Of a stretch of DNA of 64,000 bases, positions 46,825-57,800 are shown in pieces. Each line of letters starts with the position of its first letter. The stretch's first letter is position 1. Made by a program: the position numbers and the translations under genes. This stretch comes from Macrostomum lignano (Eukaryota). Below the pieces are notes generated by a model. The model saw only the letters and a list, made by a program, of their open reading frames with translations, was not told the origin of the DNA and did not search any database. The stretch covers positions 30,207-94,206 of the forward strand of contig NIVC01002979.1 of the NCBI GenBank assembly GCA_002269645.1, read 5' to 3'.

Positions 46825-49800
46825 ATGTCCCTATCTGGCAAGTAATGATTATAATAATAATAATAATAGAATCCTATCTTTTAATCCCGCTAATTGATTC
46901 GGTCAATGCGCTCAGATTTTGGAACCCTCGCACTAGCGGTTCTAGGCCTGATTGTTTAACAGTGGATATGCGAGTCTACCTACTTGGTTTGTTAATTATG
47001 ATTGTTATTTTGATTCTGTTCCAGTCGGCTCGAATCGATATTGCCGAGTTTCTCGATTGGTTTTCGCGGCATCTGGCTGTCGCGTAAGTCTTTGATACCC
47101 GCTATCAGATGCTGAGTGTACATTCTTTGATACCCGCTATCAGATGCTGAGTGTACATTCTTTGATACCCGCTCTCAGATGCTGAGTGTACATTCTTTGA
47201 TACCCGCTATCAGATGCTGAGTGTACATTCTTTGATACCTGCTATCCGATTCTGAATGTACATTCTTTGATACCTGCTATCCGATTCTGAATGTACATTC
47301 TTTGATACCCGCTATCAGATGCTGAGTGTACATTCTTTGATACCCGCTATCCGATTCTGAATGTACATTCTTTGATACCCGCTATCAGATGCTGAGTGTA
47401 CATTCTTTGATACCCGCTATCAGATTCTGAATGTACATTCCTTGATACCCGCTATCCGATTCTGAATGTACATTCCTTGATACCCGCTATCCGATTCTGA
47501 ATGTACATTCCTTGATACCCGCTATCCGATTCTGAATGTACATTCCTTGATACCCGCTATCAGATGCTGAGTGTACATTCTTTGATACCCGCTATCAGAT
47601 GCTGAGTGTACATTCTTTGATACCTGCTATCAGATGCTGAGTGTACATTCTTTGATACCCGCTATCAGATGCTGAGTGTACATTCTTTGATACCCGCTAT
47701 CAGATTCTGAATGTACATTCCTTGATCCCTTTCTCATCTTTGACTCTGAGTGTACATTCTTTGTCACCCACCTACCTTTGATTCTGTTCCGAGTGTACAT
47801 TGGCAATCCTATTTTTTGTTTAAACTATTTCCTTCTACATTTAGACAAATTTATCAGCTGCATGACACCACTGACAATGCAGAACTACCTGCGAGTTCCT
47901 GCCGCACCATTCGGAGCACACGGCCGCAGTTGCTGAGCCGCCCGCCTACGCGTGCATCGATGGCCACATGGGTATTTGCAGCTGCGTTGCCAAAGCCACC
48001 ATGCGGTTGGCGTACTTTTCCGCGGATGGCAACGACCAGACAAGAGCTCGTCTGCCTAATCACCTGCGCATGGACGTGCAGGATGAGAGGGTACGGTGTT
48101 TATAAATTCTTACAGGTTTATGGAGGGGAAGCTTGAACAGCTTTTAAGGGGCTGCTGACTTTATGAGAAAGTTAGTCTGTCATTAAGGGGTTGTATTGTG
48201 AAACGGTTGGTTTGTAAAGGCGTTGGTTTGTGATGGGATGGATTGTGAGGGGGTGGATTGTGAGGGGGTGGATTGTGGGGGGTGGATTGTGGGAGTGGAT
48301 TGTGGGGAGTGGATTGTGGGGAGTGGATTGTGGGGAGTGGATTGTGGGGAGTGGATTGTGGGGATTGGTTTGTGAGGGGTGGATTGTGGGGAGTGGATTG
48401 TGGGGAGTGGATTGTGGGGAGTGGATTGTGGGGAGTGGATTGTGGGGATTGGTTTGTGAGGGGTGGATTGTGGGGAGTGGATTGTGGGGAGTGGATTGTG
48501 GGGAGTGGATTGTGGGGATTGGTTTGTGAGGAGTGGATTGTGGGGAGTGGATTGTGGGGAGTGGATTGTGGGGATTGGTTTGTGAGGGGTGGATTGTGGG
48601 GAGTGGATTGTGGGGAGTGGATTGTGGGGAGTGGATTGTGGGGATTGGTTTGTGAGGGGTGGATTGTGGGGAGTGGATTGTGGGGAGTGGATTGTGGGGA
48701 GTGGATTGTCGGGATTGGTTTGTGAGGGGTGGATTGTGGGGAGTGGATTGTGGGGAGTGGATTGTGAGAGAGGGTTGATTTTAAGGGGTTGACTTTTTGA
48801 GGAGGTTGGTCTGTCATTAAGGGGTTATATTGTGAAGGGGTTGTTTTGTGAATAGGTTGGTTTGTGAAGGGATTGGTTTGCGGGGGTTAGCCTCACTGAT
48901 AAGATAGTAGTGTAGGATTTGTGTATTTAAATATTGAAAATAACTTTAAAGAAATGTTATTAACGCTTGTAATAATTTATTTCTTTAATCTACTAAACAA
49001 CGAACACGATCTGTGCGCAATCTTTGGCCTTTCAGACTCTTCTAGATGTTCTCTTACTAATTAACACGGAGGTTGCCACGCTGTGGAACATTCGGTAAGT
49101 GCGCTAATTAAATCTCAGTGGTCACTTTCTGCGAGATAGAAGGTTAAAAAAATACTTTTTTCCTAAATTTTTCAGACGCTGCCACTACGATCAGCTTACC
49201 TCCTCCGACCCCTCGTTGTTAAGCAAAGCGGAGATAGAAAGCGAGCTTGACTACGTTAAATTATGTTTAAGCGTTCGACCCAAGTCGCAGACTGTGTTCG
49301 TGTACAGGTGAAATTATCGATAGTTATTGTCATTTGACTGCATACTCGTACGGTTTAGGTTACGATTTTGTTATGTTGTGGTTCTTTCGAGAGTCTTTGC
49401 TCCCATAGTTACTTTGTATTTTTATTTTGGCCTTCTTGCCAGCTTTGTCTCTTCACATATAAATCTTATTTAACGTACATTGCGGCTCACATTAAATCAT
49501 AGACATAGACAAGTCTGCTGTGGCCGATAAATAAAACTAAATCTACAGCAGATTTAATTTAGGGTTGACTTTTAGTTTAGTGCAGGAGTCGGCAAACTTT
49601 TTACTTCAAGGGCCAGATAAAAGGGAGAGAGGAATAGAAGAGAAAAGAGGAAAGGTGAGAGCAGATATGAGATATGATATGTGGGATGAGAGAAGAGAAA
49701 AGAGAGAAGATCGATATAGATAAGGATGAGAGATGAAAGGAGAGAAGAGATGAGATAGAAGATGAGAGAAGAGAGGAGAGCTGAGAAGAGACACGCAAGC

Positions 49801-50557
49801 CTTGAGCGGACCGGATTGCTATTGTGAAGTTTCAAAGGACCCGAGGGCCGGATAGAGAGACTTTGCGGGCTGCATGTGGCTGGAGTTTGCCGAACCCTGG
49901 TTTAGGTGTAGGTATTAGCTTAGGCTTAGGGTTAAAGATTAGCGTTAGGGTTGGAAGTCAATTGTTGTAAACCCGATTTCAATTGTCAATTTAGAACTCA
50001 AGAAGAAACAGAACAAACTTAGATCTCGATATTTTATCGGGTCACGTTCTTTATGTTCATTAGTATTAATTTTCGCAAACACAAATCCTACATTGCTCAG
50101 ACACTGGTTGCTAAGCCGTTGCCAGGGCCAGTGGATTTCAAACAATCCAGCCATCCTATCCGAGGTCCGGCTGGCCATAGACTGCGCCAGGCGCCACAAG
50201 CACAACTATGCCGCTTGGGACTATGCCAGACAGGTTGTGTCTATGGCCCCAACTGGCAGTGCCACAGAACTGCTGGAACAGTCGCTAAGCGGCACCGCAC
50301 AGTTTCAAGAGTCCTGCCTCACCGACATCTCCGCTGTCAATTTTAAAATCTATCTATTAGACAGGTGTCAACCAGAACTTATTGTTGCCGAGACCAATTG
50401 GCTGTGCGATTTGCTGGACTTCTATCCATTGTTTGCCAGTCTGAATGTGCTGGCCAAGTATCTCGGCTGCAGACTGACTGAGCTGTCCTCTTCTGGCTCC
50501 GATTCGGTTCAACTGGCCAAGAAAGCTCTGCATGAACGGCTGGGTAAACCTGACTGA
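46825..50557 (+). CDS. PTAR1: Protein prenyltransferase alpha subunit repeat protein (PTAR1-like); exons 47025-47083, 47883-48090, 49036-49094, 49176-49307, 50101-50557; 5' exons 46825-46841 and 46916-46973 tentative
   Basis: LLLINTEVATLWNIRR (cf. LLLLNPDFTTAWNVRK), LSVRPKSQTVFVYRHWLL (cf. LTKFPKSPETWIHRRWVL), ARRHKHNYAAWDYARQV, TDISAVNFK, DLLDFYP; all listed junction phases are consistent. Confidence 0.75.
47089..47730. repeat. 36-bp intronic minisatellite (TCTTTGATACCCGCTATCAGATGCTGAGTGTACATT) starting 5 nt after a donor
   Basis: About 17 units of two variant classes. Confidence 0.96.
48228..48770. repeat. G-rich 14-bp intronic minisatellite (GGATTGTGGGGAGT) with higher-order period
   Basis: Tandem units with recurring GGATTGGTTTGTGAGGGGT spacer. 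Confidence 0.95.
49583..49899. mobile_element. hAT (Charlie/MER58-like) MITE with internal GA-rich tract
   Basis: TIRs CAGGAGTCGGCAAAC / GTTTGCCGAACCCTG; 8-bp TSD-like GTTTAGTG / GTTTAGGT; subterminal GGGCCAGAT, GGGCCGGAT motifs. Confidence 0.8.
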
Positions 50558-50584
50558 GTAGCCTGCTCACTGAATTGGCTGATT

Positions 50585-51365
50585 CTTCGGGGGCTGCCCG
50601 TCTCCTCCGGTTCTTTAGGGGCTGCCCGTCTCCTCCGGTTCTTCAGGGGCTGCCCGTCTCCTCCGGTTCTTTAGGGGCTGCCCCCGTCTCCTCCGGTTCT
50701 TTAGGGGCTGCCCCCGTCTCCCCCGTTTCTTCAGGGGCTGCCCGTCTCCTCCGGTTCTTTAGGGGCTGCCCCCGTCTCCTCCGGTTCTTTAGGGGCTGCC
50801 CCCGTCTCCTCCGGTTCTTTAGGGGCTGCCCCCGTCTCCCCCGTTTCTTCAGGGGCTGCCCGTCTCCTCCGGTTCTTCAGGGGCTGCCCCCGTCTCCTCC
50901 GTTTCTTCAGGGGCTGCCCGTCTCCTCCGGTTCTTTAGGGGCTGCCCCCGTCTCCTCAGGTTCTTTAGGGGCTGCCCCCGTCTCCTCCGTTTCTTCAGGG
51001 GCTGCCCGTCTCCTCCGGTTCTTTAGGGGCTGCCCCCGTCTCCTCCGGTTCTTCAGGGGCTGCCCCCGTCTCCTCCGTTTCTTCAGGGGCTGCCCGTCTC
51101 CTCCGGTTCTTTAGGGGCTGCCCCCGTCTCCTCCGGTTCTTTAGGGGCTGCCCCCGTCTCCTCCGTTTCTTCAGGGGCTGCCCCCGTCTCCTCCGGTTCT
51201 TTAGGGGCTGCCCCCGTCTCCTCCGGTTCTTTAGGGGCTGCCCCCGTCTCCTCCGGTTCTTTAGGGGCTGCCCCCGTCTCCTCCGGTTCTTTAGGGGCTG
51301 CCCCTGTCTCCTCCGGTTCTTTAGGGGCTGCCCCCGTCTCCTCCGGTTCTTCAGGGGCTGCCCCT
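50585..51365. repeat. 30-32-bp minisatellite (GGGGCTGCCCCCGTCTCCTCCGGTTCTTTA) just 3' of the PTAR1-like stop
   Basis: Tandem units; ORF 50575..51114 is an artefact. Confidence 0.96.
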
Positions 51366-52362
51366 CTCCGCTGATTTTTTAGAGACTATCGCTTCGTCTC
51401 TGCACTGGTATTCTAAATTGTTTTGAAGCATTTAGATAATTTTGGCAATGCCAATTCAGACTATTCAGTATTTTAAGATACCGAATGCTTGTGTATAATT
51501 GTAAATCAAGAGCTTTAGTTCTCATTATACGGCGCATATAGGATTTTTTTCTTTTTACAAGGATCGGCAAACCCAAGGTGTCTCTTTTTAGTTCTCTTAC
51601 CTCCTCCGATTCCTGTTTCACAACTACATTCAAATCTAAAAGAAGGTGCGATCAAATAATTTTATCAAATAAAAAGCAATATAAATATAAACACTAAACA
51701 CATATAAATATAAACACTGTAACCTACCATTTCTTGTCCATGTAACTCTGTGAATAAAGTTATTAAAAAATCACACAACTGCTGACTCATCATTCTGAAT
51801 ATGAAATTCGTATATTTCCTAGCTAACATGGGACTGTTCTACTTTGCAATAACACTGTGCAAGCGATCGTATTGAATTTCCCCAAATAGCTAGCTAGTGG
51901 AGGCTTCGGGATTCTGAACGTTTGCTTAACAGAGAGAGAGAGAGACTGTCTCTGTGAGCAAATCAGGGGGAAAATCAACCAGTCTGCTGTTTGTGCGATG
52001 TCGCTAGCGCAAATTTGAATAGCGCAGTTAAGCAGGCTTGCGTGTTGGGTTTAGCTAAGCTATAGTCGCTACTGTTTATACATATACACTGTATTGTGTG
52101 ATTTGTGCACATAAAGCAGCTTTGTTGCCGTTATAAAGTATTGCATTATTGAGATAGAAAGTTTTCACTGCCTAATATCGGGTATCTCTATGGATAAGCT
52201 GCCTTCAAGTCGTATAGAATTTCTGTTGAATAAGTATGCTAGCCCTACATGCAGGTAGAATTTGTGTTTACAGGTAGCTTATATTGTACGTGTGCTCTTG
52301 TCGAATGCAATTCAGTATTGTATGGAAGCCGATTGCAAAAAGTATTGCAAATGCACTAGCTA

Positions 52363-52959
52363 CGAGGGGTGTCCCAGAAGTAGTGTCACTTTTGCTTGCT
52401 TCCACAAACAAGTATTGATGTGTGTCGAAAAAATCATATGCCTTAAAAGTTAGCGGCTTATTTTAGCTTTCATGCCACGAAAGTCCCATTTTTATAAGTG
52501 CTTCCTGCTGTAAGCAGCATGCATTTGTTCGCATACCCTTAGCCATAGAAATACACACTGCATAGTGCTTCTATGCTCACTCAGAAGAAAGCCACACGTA
52601 CAGCTGATGAATGGAACAGTTCGAGGCTGGCTGTAGATATCAAAGACCAACCACCTTTGGGTAAGTTGGCAAAACATACTGCCGGCCAGCCTCGAACTGC
52701 TGTCTTGCAACTCTGTGCTTGATCAGCTGTACTTGTGGCTTTCTTCTAAGTGAGCATAGAAGCACTATGCGGTGTGTATTTCTATGGCTAAGGGTATGCG
52801 AACAAATGCATGCTGCTTACAGCAGGAAGCACTTATAAAAATCGGACTTTCGTGGCATGAAAGCTAAAATAAGCCGCTAACTTTTAAGGCATATAATTTT
52901 TTACACGCATTAATACTTGTGGAAGCAAGCAAAAGTGACACTACTTCTGGGACACCCCG
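52363..52959. mobile_element. Tc1/mariner-type foldback MITE, 597 bp, about 245-bp near-perfect arms, TA target duplication
   Basis: TA|CGAGGGGTGTCCCAGAAGTAGTGTCAC ... GTGACACTACTTCTGGGACACCCCG|TA; arms pair through CAGCTGAT/ATCAGCTG; no ORF. Confidence 0.9.
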
Positions 52960-53769
52960 TACTAAAAAATACCCGCAGTGTCTCATTCTTTAGCGAAGGA
53001 ACTTAAATGTACATGTATAATTTGTTGTACAAATTGTTTAATCATGCAACACTTGTAGTTGACAGCAATCATGTGTGATGGTGTCCATCATCCCGTAGTT
53101 GTCATTAATTAAACAGCTGCAAGGATTATGTGTTACGTGAATGCTGTATGCATAAAACAATTCAGGCTTATACACGAGTCTTTGAATTAACATCTTAAAC
53201 AGAAACATCAAGGTCAATACGAACGTACCTGCTTGTACATGTACAAATTAAGTTTTTTTACCGCTAGTCCGCTACATATACACTTGTGCACAATACACAT
53301 GTAAATGTAGACTTGCAATTGAAGCCTTGAAACAAGCCCTGTTAAATAAGGGTACGATTTATAATAATGTTGGCAAAGATTCAATATCTATTTTGTATTA
53401 TTGAACTTAGTGAACTGCACATCATTTACTTGCTATCTGATACCTTGGCAAGTGTATCATATTATTAAAGAAGTTGACCGGACACAATGGACAATGAATT
53501 ACATGCAAGCATCGCATATGCCAAATCAAAGGAACTGCAACCTATGCTAATGATATTTACATTTACATGCATTGCATACAGCTAAACTTCTTTTTGCCGT
53601 CACAAAGGCAAGATGGAACGAGCACAAACATTAATAACCATTGTAGCTAGCAATAAATTTAACTTTCTCTTTGCCATTAGCTGATAGATGTACAGCTAGC
53701 TTCTTTATTTGTATTGTTTAGCTTTACATGCTTAGCTAGAAAAATTAATAACATTTACATTAGCTTACG

Positions 53770-54200
53770 GAAGACAGACCCAACGACAAAACAGACCTGT
53801 AGATGGAAAACAGACCCAACTTAGACAAAACAGACCTGTAGATGGAAAGCAGACCCAACGACAAAACAGACCTGTAGATGGAAAACAGACCCAACTTAGA
53901 CAAAACAGACCTGTAGATGGAAAGCAGACCCAACGACAAAACAGACCTGTAGATGGAAAACAGACCCAACTTAGACAAAACAGACCTGTAGATGGAAAAC
54001 AGACCCAAAGACAAAGCAGACCTGTAGATGGAAAACAGACCCAAAGACAAAACAGACCTGTAGATGGAAAACAGACCCAAAGACAAAACAGACCTGTAGA
54101 TGGAAAACAGACCCAAAGACAAAGCAGACCTGTAGATGGAAAACAGACCCAAAGACAAAACAGACCTGTAGATGGAAAACAGACCCAAAGACAAAACAGA
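53770..54200. repeat. 36-39-bp minisatellite (ACAGACCTGTAGATGGAAAACAGACCCAAAGACAAA)
   Basis: Tandem units. Confidence 0.95.
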
Positions 54201-54415
54201 CAGCAAGAGACGAGACGCAAGAAAAAAACAAAACGAAATTAATTTTTCAAGACCGGCTGAAACGCATCAAGGACTGTCGCTGTTCAAAAAAACCAAAGTT
54301 AAAAACACAATCGAACCAGGACAGGGCCTACACAAGGACCACTGTAGTTTATAACCGCTAGGCTAGTGTATATACTACTACAGTGGTCCTTGGGCTTACA
54401 CTGCAGGGAATATAA

Positions 54416-54610
54416 GGTGGCCGTAGCCTATAGTGTTCTGGCGCGGCGCTCTATGATGTGCCAGCGGCCCAGGCTCGATTCCAAGTGCAGTCGCATTAAT
54501 TTGTGGCTAAATTGAAATCTCGGCTTGGCTCTGCTCGTGCAATTAACGCCATTGAGGGCCAACCCCCAAATGCAAGGCACAGTGAGTGTATATGCCTAAC
54601 GATAAATAAA
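54416..54610 (+). mobile_element. tRNA-derived SINE
   Basis: GGTGGCCGTAGCCTATAGTG (A box) ... GGCTCGATTCC (B box), A-rich end GATAAATAAA; second copy at 25058-25408. Confidence 0.75.
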
Positions 54611-54863
54611 GTCAGGGCCGCTGAACACTCCTGTGTGCGTACATGTATGGCTGCTTTTGTGCCAGCTCAGGGGAGTCGGCGGAATGGGCAGCAATGCCGA
54701 TTTTCGCCGGTTGTGTGACAATGTCGCTTAAAGCGCGCCAGGGTGCACACAAGGACTACTACACTAGATATAACGAAGTGTTCCTAGTGGTCCTTGTGCG
54801 CACAAAGCCCCTGCCTCTAATAAAATCACTACGAATATATTGCTCATATTTATATTATACAGT

Positions 54864-57800
54864 TCATTCCAACGCAGAATTCTCCGATTCATATCTATCA
54901 TCGGCAGCCTTGACAGAGTCAGAACCAGATCTAGAGCTTGATCTAGAGCCAGATCTAGAGCCAGGATCAGACAAAGATTTGCCACCGAGCAGTTGCTCTG
55001 TCATCGAGTCAGTTTGCTGACGGAGTTCTTCAAGCCGATCCTCGGCTCGATTGGCATCCAGGCGAATGGCTTCAACAGCCGAGATCAGCGAGTCCAAGGT
55101 TGCGTGTCCAATCAGCTGCATCCGGTGTGCGAGGCGCTCGACTGCAAGGGTGATGGCAGATTGGGGAATTTAAAGCTAACTGGATTTGGCGCTAAATTGC
55201 GCAGCAAAGCTAACCAAACTGGATTTGGCGCTTAATTACACAGCAAAGCTAACCAAACTGGATTTGGCGCTTAGTTATACAGCAAAGCTAACGAAACTGC
55301 TGGATTTGGCGCTAGATTGCACAGCAAAAGCTAACCAAACTGCTGAATTTGGCGCTAGATTGCACAGCAAAGCTAACCAAACTGCTGGATTTGGTGCTAA
55401 ATTGCGCAGCAAAGCTAACCAAACTGCTGGATTTGGCGCTAGATTGCACAGCAAAGCTAACCAAACTGCTGGATTTGGTGCTAAATTGCACAGCAAAAGC
55501 TAACCAAACTGCTGGATTTGGCGCTAGATTGCACAGCAAAGCTAACCAAACTGGATTAGGCGCTAAATTACACAGCAAAGCTAACCAAACTGGATTTGGC
55601 GCTAAATTATACAGCAAAGCTAACCACACTGGATTAGGCGCTAAATTACACAGCAAAGCTAACCAAACTGGATTTGGCGCTAAATTACACAGCAAAGCTA
55701 ACCACACTGGATTTGGCGCTAAATTACACAGCAAAGCTAACCAAACTGGATTAGGCGCTAAATTACACAGCAAAGCTAACCAAACTGCTGGATTTGGTGC
55801 TAAATTGCGCAGCAAAAGCTAACCAAACTGCTGGATTTGGTGCTAAATTGCGCAGCAAAAGCTAACCAAACTGGATTTGGCGCTAAATTACACAGCAAAG
55901 CTATAACCAAACTGCTGGATTTGGCGCTAAATTACACAGCAAAGCTAACCAAACTGCTGGATTTGGCGCTAAATTACACAACAAAGCTAACCAAACTGCT
56001 GGATTTGGTGCTAAATTACACAGCAAAAGCTAACCAAACTGGATTTGGCGCTAGATTACACAGCAAAAGCTAACCAAACTGCTGGATTTGGCGCTAAATT
56101 GCACAGCAAAGCTAACCAAACTGCTGGATTTGGCGCTAAATTACACAGCAAAGCTATAACCAAACTGCTGGATTTGGCGCTAAAATACACAGCAAAGCTA
56201 ACCAAACTGCTGGATTTGGCGCTAAATTACACAGCAAAGCTAACCAAACTGCTGGATTTGGCGCTAAATTGCACAGCAAAGCTAACCAAACTGCTGGATT
56301 TGGCGCTAAATTACACAGCAAAGCTATAACCAAACTGCTGGATTTGGCGCCTGAAACAGAACAAAGCCTATAGTTTGATTTGGTTGGCTAATGAAATTAA
56401 ACATTCTATAAATTTGGTAACTTCGTGGCAGTCTGTGAGAATACTTTATTGTTGCAATTTTGAAAACTGTAAAACAAGAAATTAATTTAATCACAAGTAG
56501 AAGTGCGTAGCAACTCCATACACTAGTACTATATGCACTTATATTAGCGAATTTTCATTAACATTCGACGCATCACCGATCCCATACATCCCATAAAAAC
56601 TTGCCATTTGCCAATAGATGCTGTTTTCAACAGAGAAAACTGGAATGCTCTATGTGTACTTTTATAAAATAGGTCAATTTGTTGACAAGCCTAGAGATCA
56701 ATTAGCTATTAGTAGGCCTAGTAAAAATGCCCAGCTATTTCAGCAAGAAATTTCCGCCTTTGGTAATCATTATTTTTTGAGCAGCAAAGGGCATTGCGAA
56801 AATTGGCAAAATGAGCTAACATTTATGCCTTGCAATGCGAAATTGAATGTAGGAAGATACAAATTTTCATAATACCATAGTAAGTGATTAAGTGAGGAGC
56901 AAGTAGTTGGGGGTAATTGCTGAGAATTCGAGGCTTATAGAGGGGAATTGCTGAGAATTCGAGGCTTATAGAGGGGAATTGCTGAAATATCGAGGCTTAC
57001 AGATGGGAATTGCTGAGATGTCGAGGCTTACAGAGGGGAATTGCTGAGATGTCAAGGCTTACAGAGGGGAATTGCTGAGATGTCAAGGCTTACAGAGGGG
57101 AATTGCTGAGATGTCGAGGCTTACAGAGGGGAATTGCTGAGATGTCGAGGCTTATAGAGGGGAATTGCTGAGATGTCAAGGCTTACAGAGGGGAATTGTT
57201 GAGATGTCAAGGCTTACAGAGGGGAATTGCTGAGATGTCGAGGCTTACAGAGGGGAATTGCTGAGATGTTGAGGCTTATAGAGGGGAATTGCTGAGATGT
57301 CGAGGCTCTTGGGAAGAATTATTAAGAGATGTCAAAGATCATGGGAGAATTGCTGAAATTCTATGGCCCATGGGGGTTGCTAAGATGCTTTGAGTCAGAG
57401 CTCATAGAGGGTCCGATATGAGCGTATCGTAGACTGGAAAGCAGGTTTTCAGGGCTGGTGCGTTTTTGTTTTAAACACTTTTTTCCTTAAGAAACAAACA
57501 ATAGCTAGTGAATGTATTGTACGAGGGTCACTCAGAAAGTCTTTAGCCTGAGTAGGATCCACGAGACGTAGAAGCATGAAATTTGTCTATGGTAAAGACC
57601 AACTTTTAAAAGTATCGCAGCAAAAATTTCAAACAGAAGCAGCCACTTTTGAGTCCACTGCAGCGAGTTAAAGTCAGTTCACCCCCTGAGATCTTCAATT
57701 CAACAATGAAGCTGGAAAATCGCGACTTCAGAGCAATGATGTACCTGCACTTCAAGCAAGGCAAGTCGCCGGCCGAATCGTATCAAACTTTACAGAACGT

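Noticed and set aside
49900-49952. Telomere-like TTAGGG motifs (also near 45652-45667)
   Set aside because: Only 2-3 degenerate units; not an interstitial telomere array
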